Both the position numbers and the translations under genes were made by a program. From Octopus bimaculoides (lineage: Eukaryota): a stretch of 44,439 nt of DNA. The stretch covers positions 10,121,863 through 10,166,301 of the forward strand of contig NC_068995.1 of assembly GCF_001194135.2 (NCBI RefSeq), in the 5' to 3' direction. Position 1 is the stretch's first letter, and each line of letters opens with the position of its first letter. The notes under the pieces are model-generated. The model was not told where the DNA came from and made no database searches. It worked only from the letters and a program-made list of their open reading frames with translations. Of this stretch, positions 24,966 to 37,485 are shown one piece after another.

Positions 24966-25609
24966 ATTTTGCCTAATAGTAAAGAAAAAGAAAAAAACAA
25001 AAAAACAAAAAAAACAAGGAAGATATGTTTAAAAAAAAGAATTATCCAGCGTCCTATATGAAAGTAGAGCTTATATTACATGTCTTTATGCACTGAAAGC
25101 TATTTTTCCTTGAATATGCGCTACTAGAATTAGTATGCATCCGATATGACCGTGTGTCTTTTATGCCATCAAATACAGTAATTATTCCATCTTGGTATCA
25201 CGCGAACCTGTTTTCAGTCAATCCAGCCGTCAACGATAGGGATACATTTGTGCTGGACCTTAATAACGTTGTCAAAAATCAGTGCACTTTCCGCCGTCGA
25301 GTCATCATTAACAAATTACATTCGACTGCTATAATTGCCATGTCTGACGGGTTCATTTGTTCGTTCCGAAACTATATTTTCGAAGCGTCCACACGCTGTT
25401 TGCTGTGATTTGTATATAATCAAATTTCGTTCCAATCCATGATGTATCTTCTTCAGACAAAAATACATCAACAGTCAAAGAATGAGATCAAATAAGTAGA
25501 AACCAATTTTGTAGAATATTTTCGTCCGCGTTATTTCTTGCAGCGGATATATTTGGCATCAATAGACGTAGAAGTGGTGATGGGGGCTGGAAATGGGTGT
25601 ATAAACTGC

Positions 25610-26040
25610 TTGGTGGTGGTAGTGGTGGTGGTGGTAGTTAAGGTGACGGTTGTAATGGTGGTGATAGCAGTGGTGGTGGTGATGTTGGTAGTAGTAGTAG
25701 TAGTAGTAGTAGTAGTAACAGCAACAGTAGCAGCAGCAGTGGTAGTAGTAGTAGTAGCAGCAGCAGTGGTAGTAGTAGTAGTAGTAGTAGTAGTAGTAAT
25801 AGTAGTAGTAGAAGCAGTAGTGGTAGTAGTAGCAATTGTTGTTGTTACTGCTGCTGTTGAAGTAATGAAAATAGCGTTGGTAGTTGTCGTGGTCGTCGTC
25901 GTAGTTGTAGTGTTGGTGATGGTGGTGGTAGTGGTAATATTACTATAATTAATATCATCAGTAGTAGGAGGAGGAGGAGGGGGGATGTTGGAGACAGAAT
26001 TATCGGTAGCGGTAGAGGAGGAGGTTGTGGTGCTGAAGAC
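25610..26040. repeat. Compound triplet repeat (GTG/GTA/GCA/GTT/GGA)n
   Basis: Seen directly in the sequence; it accounts for the Thr-rich and Val-rich ORFs. Confidence 0.9.
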
Positions 26041-27097
26041 CATTATTGAAACTGGGTGTGTTGGTGATTGTGACGGTAGCAGGAACTGCATGGGAACACA
26101 TTGCAATCTAATGCTGCATTATATATACGTACACACTCACATACATAGGGCCACTCAAACATATACACACATACACACACATACGAATAGAGATAGATAG
26201 ATGGAGAGAGAGAGAGAGAGAGATAAAAGAGATTGAAAAGTTATTACGATGCAATTTGGAAATCAAGGAGTGTAAAGAAAAGCACTCCCTTATTTTCAGA
26301 TGCCATTAGGAGACGATTGGAATCACTTTTAATTACGTACATATACACATACACACATACATACATTCATAATAATGTAACCCATATAGATTTATANNNN
26401 NNNNNNNNNNNNNNNNNNNNNNNNNNNNNNNNNNNNNNNNNNNNNNNNNNNNNNNNNNNNNNNNNNNNNNNNNNNNNNNNNNNNNNNNNNNNNNNNTGCA
26501 TAATATATATATATATATATGTAATATATCATATATATACATGCACACACAAACACGCACACACATACACACACACGCAAAAATATGTGCTTGTGCATAC
26601 ATATATATCGTACGTGTGTCTGAGTGAGAGAGAGAGAGAGAGAGAAAGGTGGGAAGAATGAAAGGGAAAGAGAGAGCGCGTGAAAGAGAGAGAGAGAGAG
26701 AGAGAGAACTGCGTGGATTTTTATATTCATAAATATTTTACATTTGTACGAACGCTTGTACGCGCAAACAATCACACATATTACATTCCTGTAATCTAAC
26801 GTGCACGCCATATTTAATTCCAAGTGAGCATAAACTCTAACAACCAGCCACCATTACGAAAACGATGATAACGATCACTACCCCCACCTCCACCTCACTT
26901 CCAACACCACCTCTATTATCACTTGTTAGACAAACACTAATATTAAATCCTCTGCTATTTATTATATTGCTGAAGACATTAGTCTCAAAGAATTACATAA
27001 ATGGGAAAATGACACCACAGAAATATTCTCGTTCCTACTTCGTTGTTTATGTGTAATCATTTTAATAAGGTAGATTAATAAACTTGTACTAACTGTA

Positions 27098-27495
27098 AGT
27101 GGAGGTGCAATGGCCCAGTGATCAGGGCAGCGGACTCGCGGTCGTAGGATCGCGGTTTTGATTCTCAAACCGGCCGTTGTGAGTGTTTATTGAGCGAAAA
27201 CACCTAAAACTCCACGAAGAACCGGCAGGGGATGGTGGCGAACCTTGATGTACTCTTTCACCACAACTTTCTCTCACTCTTACTTCCTGTTTCTGTTGTG
27301 CCTGTAATTCAAAGGGTCAGCCTTGTCACACTGTGTCACGCTGAATATCCCCGAGAACTACGTTAAGGGTACACGTGTCTGTGGAGTGCTCAGCCACTTG
27401 CACGTTAATTTCACGAGCAGGCTGTTCCGTTGATCGGATCAACTGGAACCCTCAACGTCGTAAGCGACGGAGTGCCAACAACAACAACAACAACA
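27098..27495 (+). mobile_element. Full-length tRNA-derived SINE of about 400 bp (third family) with (CAA)n tail
   Basis: A-box-like TGGCCCAGTGATC, B-box-like GGTTTTGATTCTC, a GC-rich body and a CAACAACAAC tail at 27477-27495. Confidence 0.8.
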
Positions 27496-27784
27496 TGTTT
27501 GTGTATACACAGTTACAGCAGAGTTCGATACGTTTTCCCTTCAATCAAATGTCACTCAATAGACATTAGTTGAGCCGAGATTAGAGACAAACATATACTC
27601 GTGAAGTCCCATGAAGTGGGACCGAATCTGGTGCCATGTAATTAAATACACAGCGGACATTTTAATCACACAGCGATAAGTCGGGAAAAGACGGTTCTGC
27701 AATTTACTATTGAACAACCAGCACACATGATTTCTTTAGAGTGATCAAATATTTGTGCTGGACATTAAATCACTCCCTTCATTT

Positions 27785-27975
27785 CAATCGATATTACCTG
27801 TACAGGTGCACAGTCTCCCACACGTGAAACGTCGAAGTGATCGTAGAGCAACGTTAGATTAAGTGCTTCTTTTTTTTTTGCCCAAGAACACAACATACTG
27901 ACCGGAGCGCAGATCGAATTCACGATCTCACAATCTTGCGTGCAACACCCGAACCACTAAGTCAAGTGACCTCAT
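27785..27975 (-). mobile_element. CORE-type SINE variant
   Basis: GAGCAACGTTAGATTAAGTGC...CCCAAGAACACAAC...GATCGAATTCACGATC...AACCACTAAG is the reverse complement of a tRNA head plus the TGTTCTTG(A/G)GCAAG..ACTT core. Confidence 0.6.
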
Positions 27976-28639
27976 ATTCACCTATACGTGACTGTTTAGC
28001 ATCGTTACTTAATGCAGTTTCCTCTTATGTAATATTGTGAATTATATAGAATTAAACTGTTTTATTGCTTTTAGTGTTTATTGGTATGTGAGCTCCATAT
28101 CATCACCTCGAGCCTACAGCTCACCTATGCAGGTGCGTGTATTTTGTACGTGTGTGTTTCATGTTACCTGTGTGATTTTGTGTGTACAATGTATTTGTAT
28201 TTGCGTCTTAGTTTTAGAAAAGACTGCGTTGAATACGTGCAAGAAAACGAAATGTTTTATAGTTTGTAATGAACTTACCATATAAGTGTAAACTACAGTG
28301 AATGAAGCTTTATGAAGTGATAGAAATGATGTATATGTAATTAAAGATAAATATAGTGTGTTGCTAGCTTTTCAGTCATAAATGATGTAGGAGTTTTTAC
28401 TGATATACAAGTGACATGGAGTCGAAGTTCATTTTCAGTGTTTCTATGCGAATCACTACGTGAGCAAGAAAGAATAGAAAGAAAGTGAGAGTGAAGGAGA
28501 GAGAAAGAGTGGGAGAGGAAGAAAGAGAGGGAATAGATAGTGACAGAGATGGAAGAGGGAACGCGTGTATATAAATGCAGTTTGCTGATTAAGATGGGAA
28601 ATATTAGTCGCCTAATGTACATGTTGAATATAATGTATA

Positions 28640-28681
<42 letters not shown>

Positions 28682-28975
28682 NNNNNNNNNNNNNNNNNNN
28701 NNNNNNNNNNNNNNNNNNNNNNNNNNNNNNNNNNNNNNNNNNNNNNNNNNNNNNNNNNNNNNNNNNNNNNNNNNNNNNNNNNNNNNNNNNNNNNNNNNNN
28801 NNNNNNNNNNNNNNNNNNNNNNNNNNNNNNNNNNNNNNNNNNNNNNNNNNNNNNNNNNNNNNNNNNNNNNNNNNNNNNNNNNNNNNNNNNNNNNNNNNNN
28901 NNNNNNNNNNNNNNNNNNNNNNNNNNNNNNNNNNNNNNNNNNNNNNNNNNNNNNNNNNNNNNNNNNNNNNNNNNN

Positions 28976-29026
28976 CCTAACCGCATGGTTCCGGGCAAGC
29001 GTCTTCTACTATAACCTCGGGCTGAC
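28976..29026 (+). mobile_element. CORE-type SINE fragment
   Basis: AACCGCATGGTTCCGGGCAAGCGTCTTCTACTATAACCTCGGGCTGAC. Confidence 0.6.
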
Positions 29027-29538
29027 TAGGTTGAGGAAAAAGTTTGTGCGCTGTATTAAAATAATGATTTTTTTTTAATGCAAGATTTTAATCACCTATT
29101 CTACAAAATAAAGGCCATCATTTTCCATGACCTTCTGCCAACGATCTGCAAGCTTTCGAATTTGCTTAAAGTATTAATCCTTCGGCTTTGAATCGAAAAA
29201 TTCTTGACAGGCTTCTTCAACTTCATCGAATGGCTCAAATCAGCAACCTTTCATAAAGTGCTGCATTGATCGGAAGAGACCATAGTCAGTTGGAGCAACG
29301 CCTGGATTATAGACTTCATGCAGCAGAACTTCCACACTGTCCAATTCTTCAATCTTGTTGCTGGTCTTTCTGGCAGTATGCGGCTTTGCATTGTCTTGTT
29401 GAAACACAACGTGTTTTTGACGAACACAGTGAGTCACCATTGAACATGGCATGAACTGAATGAACACACACACCACAAAATATAATTAAGAAAGAATTAT
29501 TCTAACACGGCGCACGAACTTTTTCCTCAACCTTAATA
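29027..29538 (-). mobile_element. Internally deleted mariner element with both TIRs
   Basis: TIRs AGGTTGAGGAAAAAGTTTGTGCGCTGTATT (29028-) and AACACGGCGCACGAACTTTTTCCTCAACCT (-29533), with TA flanks. The transposase relic VVFQQDNAKPHTARKT...VEVLLHEVYNPGVAPTDYGLFRSMQHFMKG carries the HDNARPH and YSPDLAPSDY motifs. Confidence 0.9.
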
Positions 29539-29693
29539 TATATAAAACCAAGAAAGAGAGAACACATTTCAAAGATCAGTGTTCATATTCCCTCAATATA
29601 TTTCAAAGCATCGGAATGCTCCACCAGATTACATAGGTGCATTCATATACACAAGATACAAGCATTTATAAATATATAAATACACAAATGTAG

Positions 29694-30111
29694 TTGCGAG
29701 GTTGTATGCCCGTATCAAAATCAATGAGGATATTAAAATATGCGGATGGTGAATGTATAGCGGTAATAGAGATAGATGAGAAAGTTGCTATCAAATGATT
29801 TTAAAAGGAATCTTGATCAGGTGCAAAGTCTGACGGCCGTTTCTTAAAACTTTAAGATTTCAATAACTATTTTATAAATCCTTTAGATTAACTCTGATGA
29901 GAGAAACATAGATGATTGTTATGGTTGGTATTAACTCGCGCATACCAACCTATATCTTCTCGAAACGGCCGTAGGACTTTGCACCTGCTTAAGATTCCTT
30001 TTAAAATCATTTTATACCAACTTTGTAATCTATTTGGATTACCGTTATACATTCACCATCCGCATATTTTAAGATCCTCATTGATTTTGATAGGGACATA
30101 CAACCTCGCAA
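29694..30111. repeat. 150-bp inverted repeat (29694-29843 / 29962-30111) around a hammerhead core; Penelope-like or retrozyme terminus
   Basis: Right arm GAAACGGCCGTAGGACTTTGCACCTG..AAGATTCCTTTTAAAATCATTT...TACATTCACCATCCGCATATTTTAA.ATCCTCATTGATTTTGATA.GG.CATACAACCTCGCAA matches the reverse complement of the left arm. Confidence 0.88.
29890..29978 (+). ncRNA. Hammerhead ribozyme motif with extended helix II
   Basis: CTGATGA (29894-29900), GAGAA...TTCTC (29957-61), GAAA-C-GGCC-G-TA (29962-73). The internal hairpin is GGTTGGTAT/ATACCAACC. Helix I pairs poorly. Confidence 0.6.
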
Positions 30112-30828
30112 GTTCGAAGTAAAATTTACATAATTTTGTTGTTTTAAACGTTAGCATGGTATTTCATCAGATTATACAGGACCAGGACCAGAGAGAGAGA
30201 GAGAGATGTTCGATCTTCCCAGCTTATCTGCGTCAGTGGAGAGCCCTGAGATCAGTTTAAATGCCGAATTAGAATCAGAAGTTTATACCCAGGCGAAAAT
30301 ATGTAAATTCACCCTACTTTCGTCTCTGTATTGAGTTTTTACAAGTTGATATTACTACTGCCAAAAGATCAAAAAACAATATTATTTTCATATAAATATA
30401 GTACAACATACCATATAACACACACACACGCACGCTCGCCCGCACATATGTATATTTGTATCTAAACTAATTTTTTTTCTGCAACTCTTATTATATTTTG
30501 ACACAGAGGTACTTTTTTTCTATAAGTCAACTTTTTCTCATGATTATTTTTATCATAACTTTCAGCAAAAAATAACAACGAAAGCATCGACAATAATTGC
30601 ATCAATAAAAATGGCAACAAAATGGTAGCAAGTAAAAAACCGAAGAACATGATTACTATTATTATTATTATTGTCATCATCATCATCATCATCGTCTATG
30701 TTATCAGATCAAGAAGATTCTTGCGTATAGAAAATACACTGCAAGAAACACAAACCAGAGACACGTACAATGGACAACTATTACACCCACACACACATGC
30801 ACACATAAACACACACACACACACATAA

Positions 30829-30870
<42 letters not shown>

Positions 30871-30937
30871 GCAAAAATAAACATACATATATATATACAT
30901 ACACATAAGTATATGTGTACCAAGATATACATACACG

Positions 30938-30977
<40 letters not shown>

Positions 30978-31314
30978 TACACGCACTGACGAAGAGGGTG
31001 ATAGTGGGAGGGAAGAAGTGAAAGTGCTGAGAAACAAAAAAAAATTCTACATATTGGTAAATATGTTGACATACCTTTTGTCAGATTATTACAGAACGAT
31101 TCCTCTTAGACTTTGGAACCATGCCGACAGAATTTCTAAACGGTATCACGATTTCAACTCTCTTAAAAAAAACAAAATCGAAACAAGCAATGATAACACA
31201 CACAAAAAAAAATGAGTAATGTGTTTTCTAAGCACTAACCACCATTTGATAGCGATTTCTTTGAATCACTTTTTGGTTTTAATTCACTTTTAATCTCTGT
31301 CTCTCTCTATCTCC

Positions 31315-31345
<31 letters not shown>

Positions 31346-32504
31346 TATGTATTAATCTGTGGATTTATATATGTATGTATGTATACATGTATGTGCGTAT
31401 GTATGTATATCGTCTAGTTTTGCGTGTGCGTATTTTTAGGCTAGAGTCAGTTAATTATACTACGTGTGTATTTGTGTGTGTATGTGTGTACGTGTATGAG
31501 TGTGTGTGTGTATAATGTATGCATATAACATTTATATTCCTATATAATTCATAAACAAATGTGTATATACACAAACACATCACCTATATATGAATATGAA
31601 TATACTTCTTTATATATATGCATGTTTGTGTGCATATATATTATATATATATATATATACACACATACATACGTACGTATATAAATGAATATAAACATAC
31701 ATACTTAAATAATACATAGACGCATTCATACTCACATATTTGAATATGAGAAACAGCTTTCGTTTGATCTTCATCGTATATATTAATTGAATACACGAAC
31801 GCACTATATTTCAACATTTTTTTTCATTAAACACTTCCCATATTGCTCTTGTTATTATCATGTTATATTATGTCTAAAACAATACATTCATATGTTCACT
31901 TCAACGCTTCGCTTCCTCTTCCGGTGTTATTGTTTATTTTACTGTGTTCCACATTCGCTCATTTATTTTTACAATAAGTTCACTGGAAAACATTTAAACA
32001 TTTCTCAATAGTTTCCGACATATTTTAAATGTATTGTTGTTGATGTCAGGTTTTCTGACAGCAATACTCTTTAATTTGATTCAGGTAATATCGGTGTTAG
32101 TTGCTATAAATATCTAAGCTGTTTCGCGGTTTCTTATACGTCATTATCACCAATATAGATTATCTAATACTTAACTGGTGTGTATACACTGAACAACAAT
32201 TATGTTTTTCGTAGTTGCTCAGTTAAATATCTACCTCTAGTCGAACAGATGTGTAATTAAAATGCCTTCCAGCTATAACCATTCCAATTTTTTTCTTTTC
32301 TTCAGATGTATTATATTTAAGACTACATTTTCTGATATCTCGTATTTTAATGAGAACGTAAAATATCAAGCTGTTGTCGAGTAGATCCATAAACGAGAGG
32401 CGTTCCGGTTTTGGCCATCCCTATTTTATTCTTTAGGTGTAGTATATTAAAAAAAAAACGTTATCTGATATCGCTATTCTTTTTTTAAGACGATAAATTG
32501 TGTG

Positions 32505-32780
32505 ATGGGTGTTTCGTACACCCTCCTTAAACAACTCTTATCCAGGGACCTTTTGAGCTAGATGGGCTTCTCGACCTGAAGGAAAATTCTAACTGGGCAA
32601 ACATCTGAAAGGTCACGTGCTGTTTATCTTGATATAAGATCACCTTATCGCGCACATATTGTTGTAATGCATGCGCTTGGTGTAACCCTTATCAGACGAG
32701 TAGTCATGATGGGTATATTGGGCTTCGTATATTTGTACCCCAATGTCACTTTGATGGCGTGCACTGCTCTCTCCCTCAAT
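32505..32780 (+). mobile_element. 5'-truncated copy of the (AAT)n-flanked element at 4284-4842
   Basis: Colinear with 4575-4842 and ends at the same CTGCTCTCTC.CTCAAT followed by (AAT/AAC)n. Confidence 0.8.
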
Positions 32781-32804
32781 GATGATAACAACAACAACAA
32801 TAAC

Positions 32805-32840
<36 letters not shown>

Positions 32841-32841
<1 letters not shown>

Positions 32842-33300
32842 GGAGGATGGAAAAGTAACGATACTCTGAAGCTATGATTTTCAGACGGATCGTCTAATCG
32901 AACACCGTCGGTCGGATATTGTCATATTGAATAAGAGACGAATACTGTCAGATCGTTGATGTAGCCAACCCAAATGACAGGAATGTTGTGAGTAAAAAGG
33001 TTGAAAAAAATCACCAAGTACTCCGAATTGAAAGTGGAAATAACAAGACTGTATGGAATGCGAGAGAGTAATCTAAAAGTGATACTAGTGTTGATTGGAG
33101 CATTGGGCTCATTCTCATTGAAACTTCAAAACTTCTTAAGGCAACTGGAAATCCCATGCAAGATTGATGTCTTACAAAAAGCAGCCATATTGGGCACAGC
33201 GCACATCTTAAGGAAAGTATTATCTGTCTGAGGTCATTGTTGTGACTTGACAGATGACTAAGGTCTCCGGTGCATTTCTACCTACACTGTGTTACGAAGG
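32841..33300 (+). mobile_element. R4/Dong-clade 3' end (restriction-like endonuclease plus 3' UTR) embedded in (AAT)n
   Basis: FQTDRLIEHRRSDIVILNK / CQIVDVANPNDRNVVSKKVEK / ITKYSELKVEITRLYGM...VLIGALGSFS...LQKAAILGTAHILRKVLSV* matches the RLE motif (R)PD...D..P.D....K..KY, with two frameshifts. (AAT)n lies on both sides. Confidence 0.9.
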
Positions 33301-33314
33301 AATAATAATAATCT

Positions 33315-33535
33315 ATTCTAACATTGGCGCATGAGCAGAAATTTTGAAAGGGTGGGGCAAAATCGATTGTATCAACCCTAGTACTTGACTGGTACTCTGT
33401 TTTATCTACCATGAAAGAGTGACAGGCAAAGATAACAATGGTGGGATTTCAACTCCGAAGCTGAATAGCCGGAAGAATTGCCGCAAAGTATTTTGTCCGA
33501 CTCGTTAAAGATTCTGCAAACTCACTGCCTTAATA
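33315..33535 (-). mobile_element. SINE family A (old)
   Basis: ATCAACCCTAGTACTTGACTGGTACT..TTTATC..GAAAG..GACAGGCAAAG...GGGATTTCAACTC...TGCAAACTCACTGCCTTA. Confidence 0.65.
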
Positions 33536-33566
33536 ATGATGATATTAATATTAATAATGAAAATAA

Positions 33567-33597
<31 letters not shown>

Positions 33598-33716
33598 AAC
33601 AATAACAATAACATCATTATTATTATTACTATGAATATAACTATACCTATTGTTGACGTTGACTTGAACAATATTTATTAGATTACACCCTCTTCGTTAT
33701 TATCATCATCATCATC

Positions 33717-33755
<39 letters not shown>

Positions 33756-34100
33756 GATTTGTTTTAGCCAATATATATTAGATCATAACGTTCTTGGTTA
33801 TTTTCTTCCATTAAGTATGTGCGACCTTGACAGAGAGCCTGTCACAAAGATAAAATTATAGGGAGAAAAGATTTATTATGAAGTGATAAACGCAAATAAT
33901 TAAAGGGGAACAGACCGTAAACATGTGTGAGCATTTTAATGTTGTTGCATTGATCAATATATAAAGTGTGTGGCTGCTAATTCTGAAAAGAGTGTGGAGA
34001 AGTTAACACATGTATACATATGCACAAAGACACACGCAAACACATAATCACACACATATTAAGTGTGCAGCAGATATTTAATATGTATCTAATGAGTAGC

Positions 34101-34140
<40 letters not shown>

Positions 34141-34214
34141 GCACATATATATTCATGTATTGGCGTGGCGGTTTGTGTCCCAATTCGTTTCCCTTTCTCA
34201 GCATTCTGGGTTCC

Positions 34215-34555
34215 CTCCCAAAGTTGACGGAAGGCGTATGAGTGGCTTTGATAGACAGAAACTAAAAGCCCATCATACATACATACATACATACATACAT
34301 GTGTGAGTGTGAGTGTGTGGGTGTGCATTTATCCATGTGCATGTGTCTTTGTGTATGTGCTGTCCGTCAAATCCCCCGCTCTACATCCAGGTTTTGGGTT
34401 GTGTACGCCCCCCATAACTTAGCGGTTCGGCTTTAGAGACTGATAGAATACGTACCAGGCTTAATAATAGGCACTGGTTTAAATTATTTCGACAAAACAC
34501 TTGGAAGCATTGACCCAGCATGTGCGCAATGCATTGACTCAAACAAGTAAATGAT
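34215..34555 (+). mobile_element. CORE-type SINE (family B) body and 3' end
   Basis: GATAGACAGAAACTAAAAGCCC..., CCCATAACTTAGCGGTTCGGC..AGAGACTGATAGAATACGTACCAGGCTT, and a CCAGCATG.GCGCA.TGCATTGACTCAAACAAGTAAA tail. Confidence 0.65.
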
Positions 34556-35846
34556 TATATATATATATATATATATATATATGCATACGTGTGTGTGCGT
34601 GTGTATGTGTGTGTGTGTTTTCAATATTTTTAAATCTTAAACAATTTTAAAAATCTAATAACACAGGTCGATGGTTAGTATTTCAATATTTCAAGGTTAG
34701 GGGTCCCTTCTTCAAGCAATATTGAAATATCGAAATATTGAACTTTTGAACTATTAGCTATTAATACTAACCAAATACCAGTATTCATAATTTTTTTTTA
34801 ACATTCATTGTTTTGGCTTTAATAATATCTAAAACATTTACGCACGCACACGCACACAAACATGCATATATAAATTATAAATTCGAACAAGTGGGGAAGT
34901 TATAGAAGAAATGAAGAGGAAAATGCACACAGAATAAATTAGAATTAATTAAGATTTAATTATATTTTAAAATATAGCAATGCATTTGATCGGTTTCACA
35001 GTAGATTTTCAAAAGTATATAGTGTTTGGGGCTGTATCACGAATTATGTCAATTCTGGCTGTTGTTATAAAATATTTTTGTGTTTTTTAATCTAGGAATA
35101 TGGCTCAAAAAGGTTTTCGTTCGAACTGACTGGTCAACGTCGCAGTCGCGCGAGAATTTTACATGAACGAAAATGTTTTCTAGTAAATACTTTAATATTT
35201 TCAAATTGAGTGTTTCAACAGATATGTGATAACAAAAGGCTTAAAAAGAAAACGGAATCCTTTCGAAAGGTCTTATCTTTAATGAGGCCATATTTAAAGA
35301 TGAGGTGGTCCTTTCAAGCACTCATGTGGTCCGTTCAAGCACTAGTGTACTTCTTCACAATCTGGAGGTGACCAGTTCTGTACAGTTTCCTCACACCAAT
35401 TAAATTGAGCTTTGCCAGGAACCCACTCTTGGAGGTATTTCCGCACTATTTTCAGTTATCCAGGCATAACAACATGATAATCTGGATAAGTATCCCCGAT
35501 TAGATATTTTTCACCTAAGCCGATAGCAGTATCATATAACAATGGCATAGATGTATAAAAAAACAGTTATCCGTAGTGCCATTTAATATAAATCCACCGG
35601 GATAAACTCAACACCCTTTTCGTTTCTATGTCGGGTGTCTCTTTGTTAGAATCCCCCCAAATACCCAAGTAGACAATCTAAAATCTTAAGAGCGGGCCCG
35701 TGCAGACATTCTACACTAATCAAGGGAGATAACGATGTGTAGAGTACATAGCTGCTACATAAAAGTTTGCTTTAAGAACGAACCCAAATAGACATTCTAC
35801 AATTATTAATTCATAGGGAAAGGAGAATCCTGTGTTACTAATGTCT

Positions 35847-36255
35847 TCATAGCGTGTTCAGCAGTGGCCTGTACTTATTAATAAAAGATCTTTCTTTATT
35901 AATTCTTATTTGGTCTGCAGCATTGTCTAAACATTAATAGAGTGGGGAGACGCCAAATTTGAGAGGTTTCGTTTTGGCACATGTGACCAGATGTTCACTA
36001 AGTGGAATCTGTTTTGTCTTAGGATCACGTATTTGTTGACAAGAAACATTTACTCTTATTCTTAAAGTGAGTTTAGTTTTCCTGATATGGTTTTCCCTGT
36101 ATCCATTGCATTTAATGGCGTATGTTAAATTTTTAAGTAAATAAAGTGGTTTTCAAAGTAAAAACTTGTCCTGATAACAATCTATAAGTCATCTCCTCAA
36201 TAAAGTTCTCACAAGTTTTACAATTGGATTGGTCAAACATTTAAACTTTGAAGTT
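35847..36255 (-). mobile_element. Penelope-like element, GIY-YIG endonuclease C-terminal relic
   Basis: NCKTCENFIEEMTYRLLSGQVFTLKT [frameshift] NLTYAIKCNGYRENHIRKTKLTLRIRVNVSCQQIRDPKTKQIPLSEHLVTCAK...QIRINKERSFINKYRPLLNTL*. This follows the CxxC, N(L/V)IY..C..C...YIG.T...LR.R...H, E..FI..Y.P.LN layout of PLE endonucleases. Confidence 0.85.
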
Positions 36256-36607
36256 AATCCAAAGCTGATAGTTTCACATGGTAAGTAGGATCAACGAAAG
36301 ATGTACTCTATCCAGTGTGAGATAAATATAATTTAATATAGACAATTTTAAAAGTAGTTAATAGTTTGATGCCGCAGAGATACAATAATTTGGTAGTTAT
36401 CTAATATGACATGTGTTTCCATCAGTCTTTCCGCTTCAGTACATACCGTTAAACCAATAGATTGCTTGTAGATAAATGGCATGTTAGGTAAATCTACAAA
36501 ACTATTATGTATCTCTACAGCACTAAATGTTTGTAGCACAGACACACACACAGGCACACAAATACACACACACACACACACGCGCACACATATATATATA
36601 GAGATAA

Positions 36608-36644
<37 letters not shown>

Positions 36645-37044
36645 GACAGACAGACAGATAAATGGACAGATAAACAGGCAGGTACATACATGCATACAAA
36701 TACACATACAGGTATAGATATATATTGAATATATGTATATCTATCTATACTTATCCATCTATATTGAGATACACACACACATCCACACACGCATATACAC
36801 ACACACGTATACGTGCGTGTTTGCGTATATTTGTGTAGCTAAGTAATTAAGTAATAAACGGAGTAGTATGGCCTAATGGCTAAGAATTTTGATTTACTTC
36901 ACAACCGCAAGATCCTAGGCTCAATCAATCTATACAGGACCATGAGCAAAAGTCAATCCCTATAACCTTGGGTCCATCTATAACACGTGAATAAAATTGG
37001 ATATACGGAAACAGGTGTCGATGACTGGTTGAATGACGAAATCC

Positions 37045-37485
37045 AAAATTCTCTGCTAGTACCAAAACTTGCAATTAAACAACCGAGATTAGTCAATTGA
37101 GACAGACCGATTCTCTTGCAAGATATTGCTCGACCACATGTAGCACAAAGAACGCGACTCGAGTTACAGGACCTGCACTTGGAAGTACTCTGTCATCCAC
37201 CATATTCACCAGACCTTGCACCAACTGACTATCATGTTTTCCATGCACTAGACAACTTTTTGAAAGGAAAAAAAACTTCAAATCGGAAGCAGATGCAAAA
37301 TCAGCGTTTCCTGATTTCATCACCTTTTGCTCTCCAAAATTCTTTCGCTTCCGGTATAACGATAGAATGACAAAATTGTGTTGATAATTTAGGTGTATAC
37401 CTTGATTAACTAACTGCATTGCTTTTTGTTGAGATAAAGTAAAATAAACTTTCACTTCATAATCGGACATTTCATTCTTAATGAC

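Noticed and set aside
25531-26106. 191-aa Thr-rich mucin-like ORF
   Set aside because: Made of mixed triplet repeats that are open in several frames on both strands, with no signal peptide or domain. Similar tracts occur elsewhere in the window.
27105-27175. Possible tRNA gene
   Set aside because: The B-box is degenerate, no clean cloverleaf forms, and the sequence continues into a 330-nt body with a (CAA)n tail, so it is a SINE head.
31085-31142. 58-nt candidate exon (ttttgtcag / gtatca); similar case at 30223-30302
   Set aside because: Only splice-like dinucleotides and short open frames, as expected by chance in 44 kb; no recognisable protein.
34675-34745. Hairpin with CTTGAAGA-AGG..CCT-TGAAA on the minus strand, resembling a hammerhead
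   Set aside because: The core has an insertion, there is no GAAAC..GTH helix III, and the arms are low-complexity AT.
36023-36280. Two phase-compatible plus-strand exons (36023-36066 and 36189-36280) with strong GTGAGT/GTAAGT donors
   Set aside because: The minus strand encodes a recognisable Penelope GIY-YIG domain, so the open plus frame is an antisense shadow. Exonisation cannot be excluded without RNA-seq.
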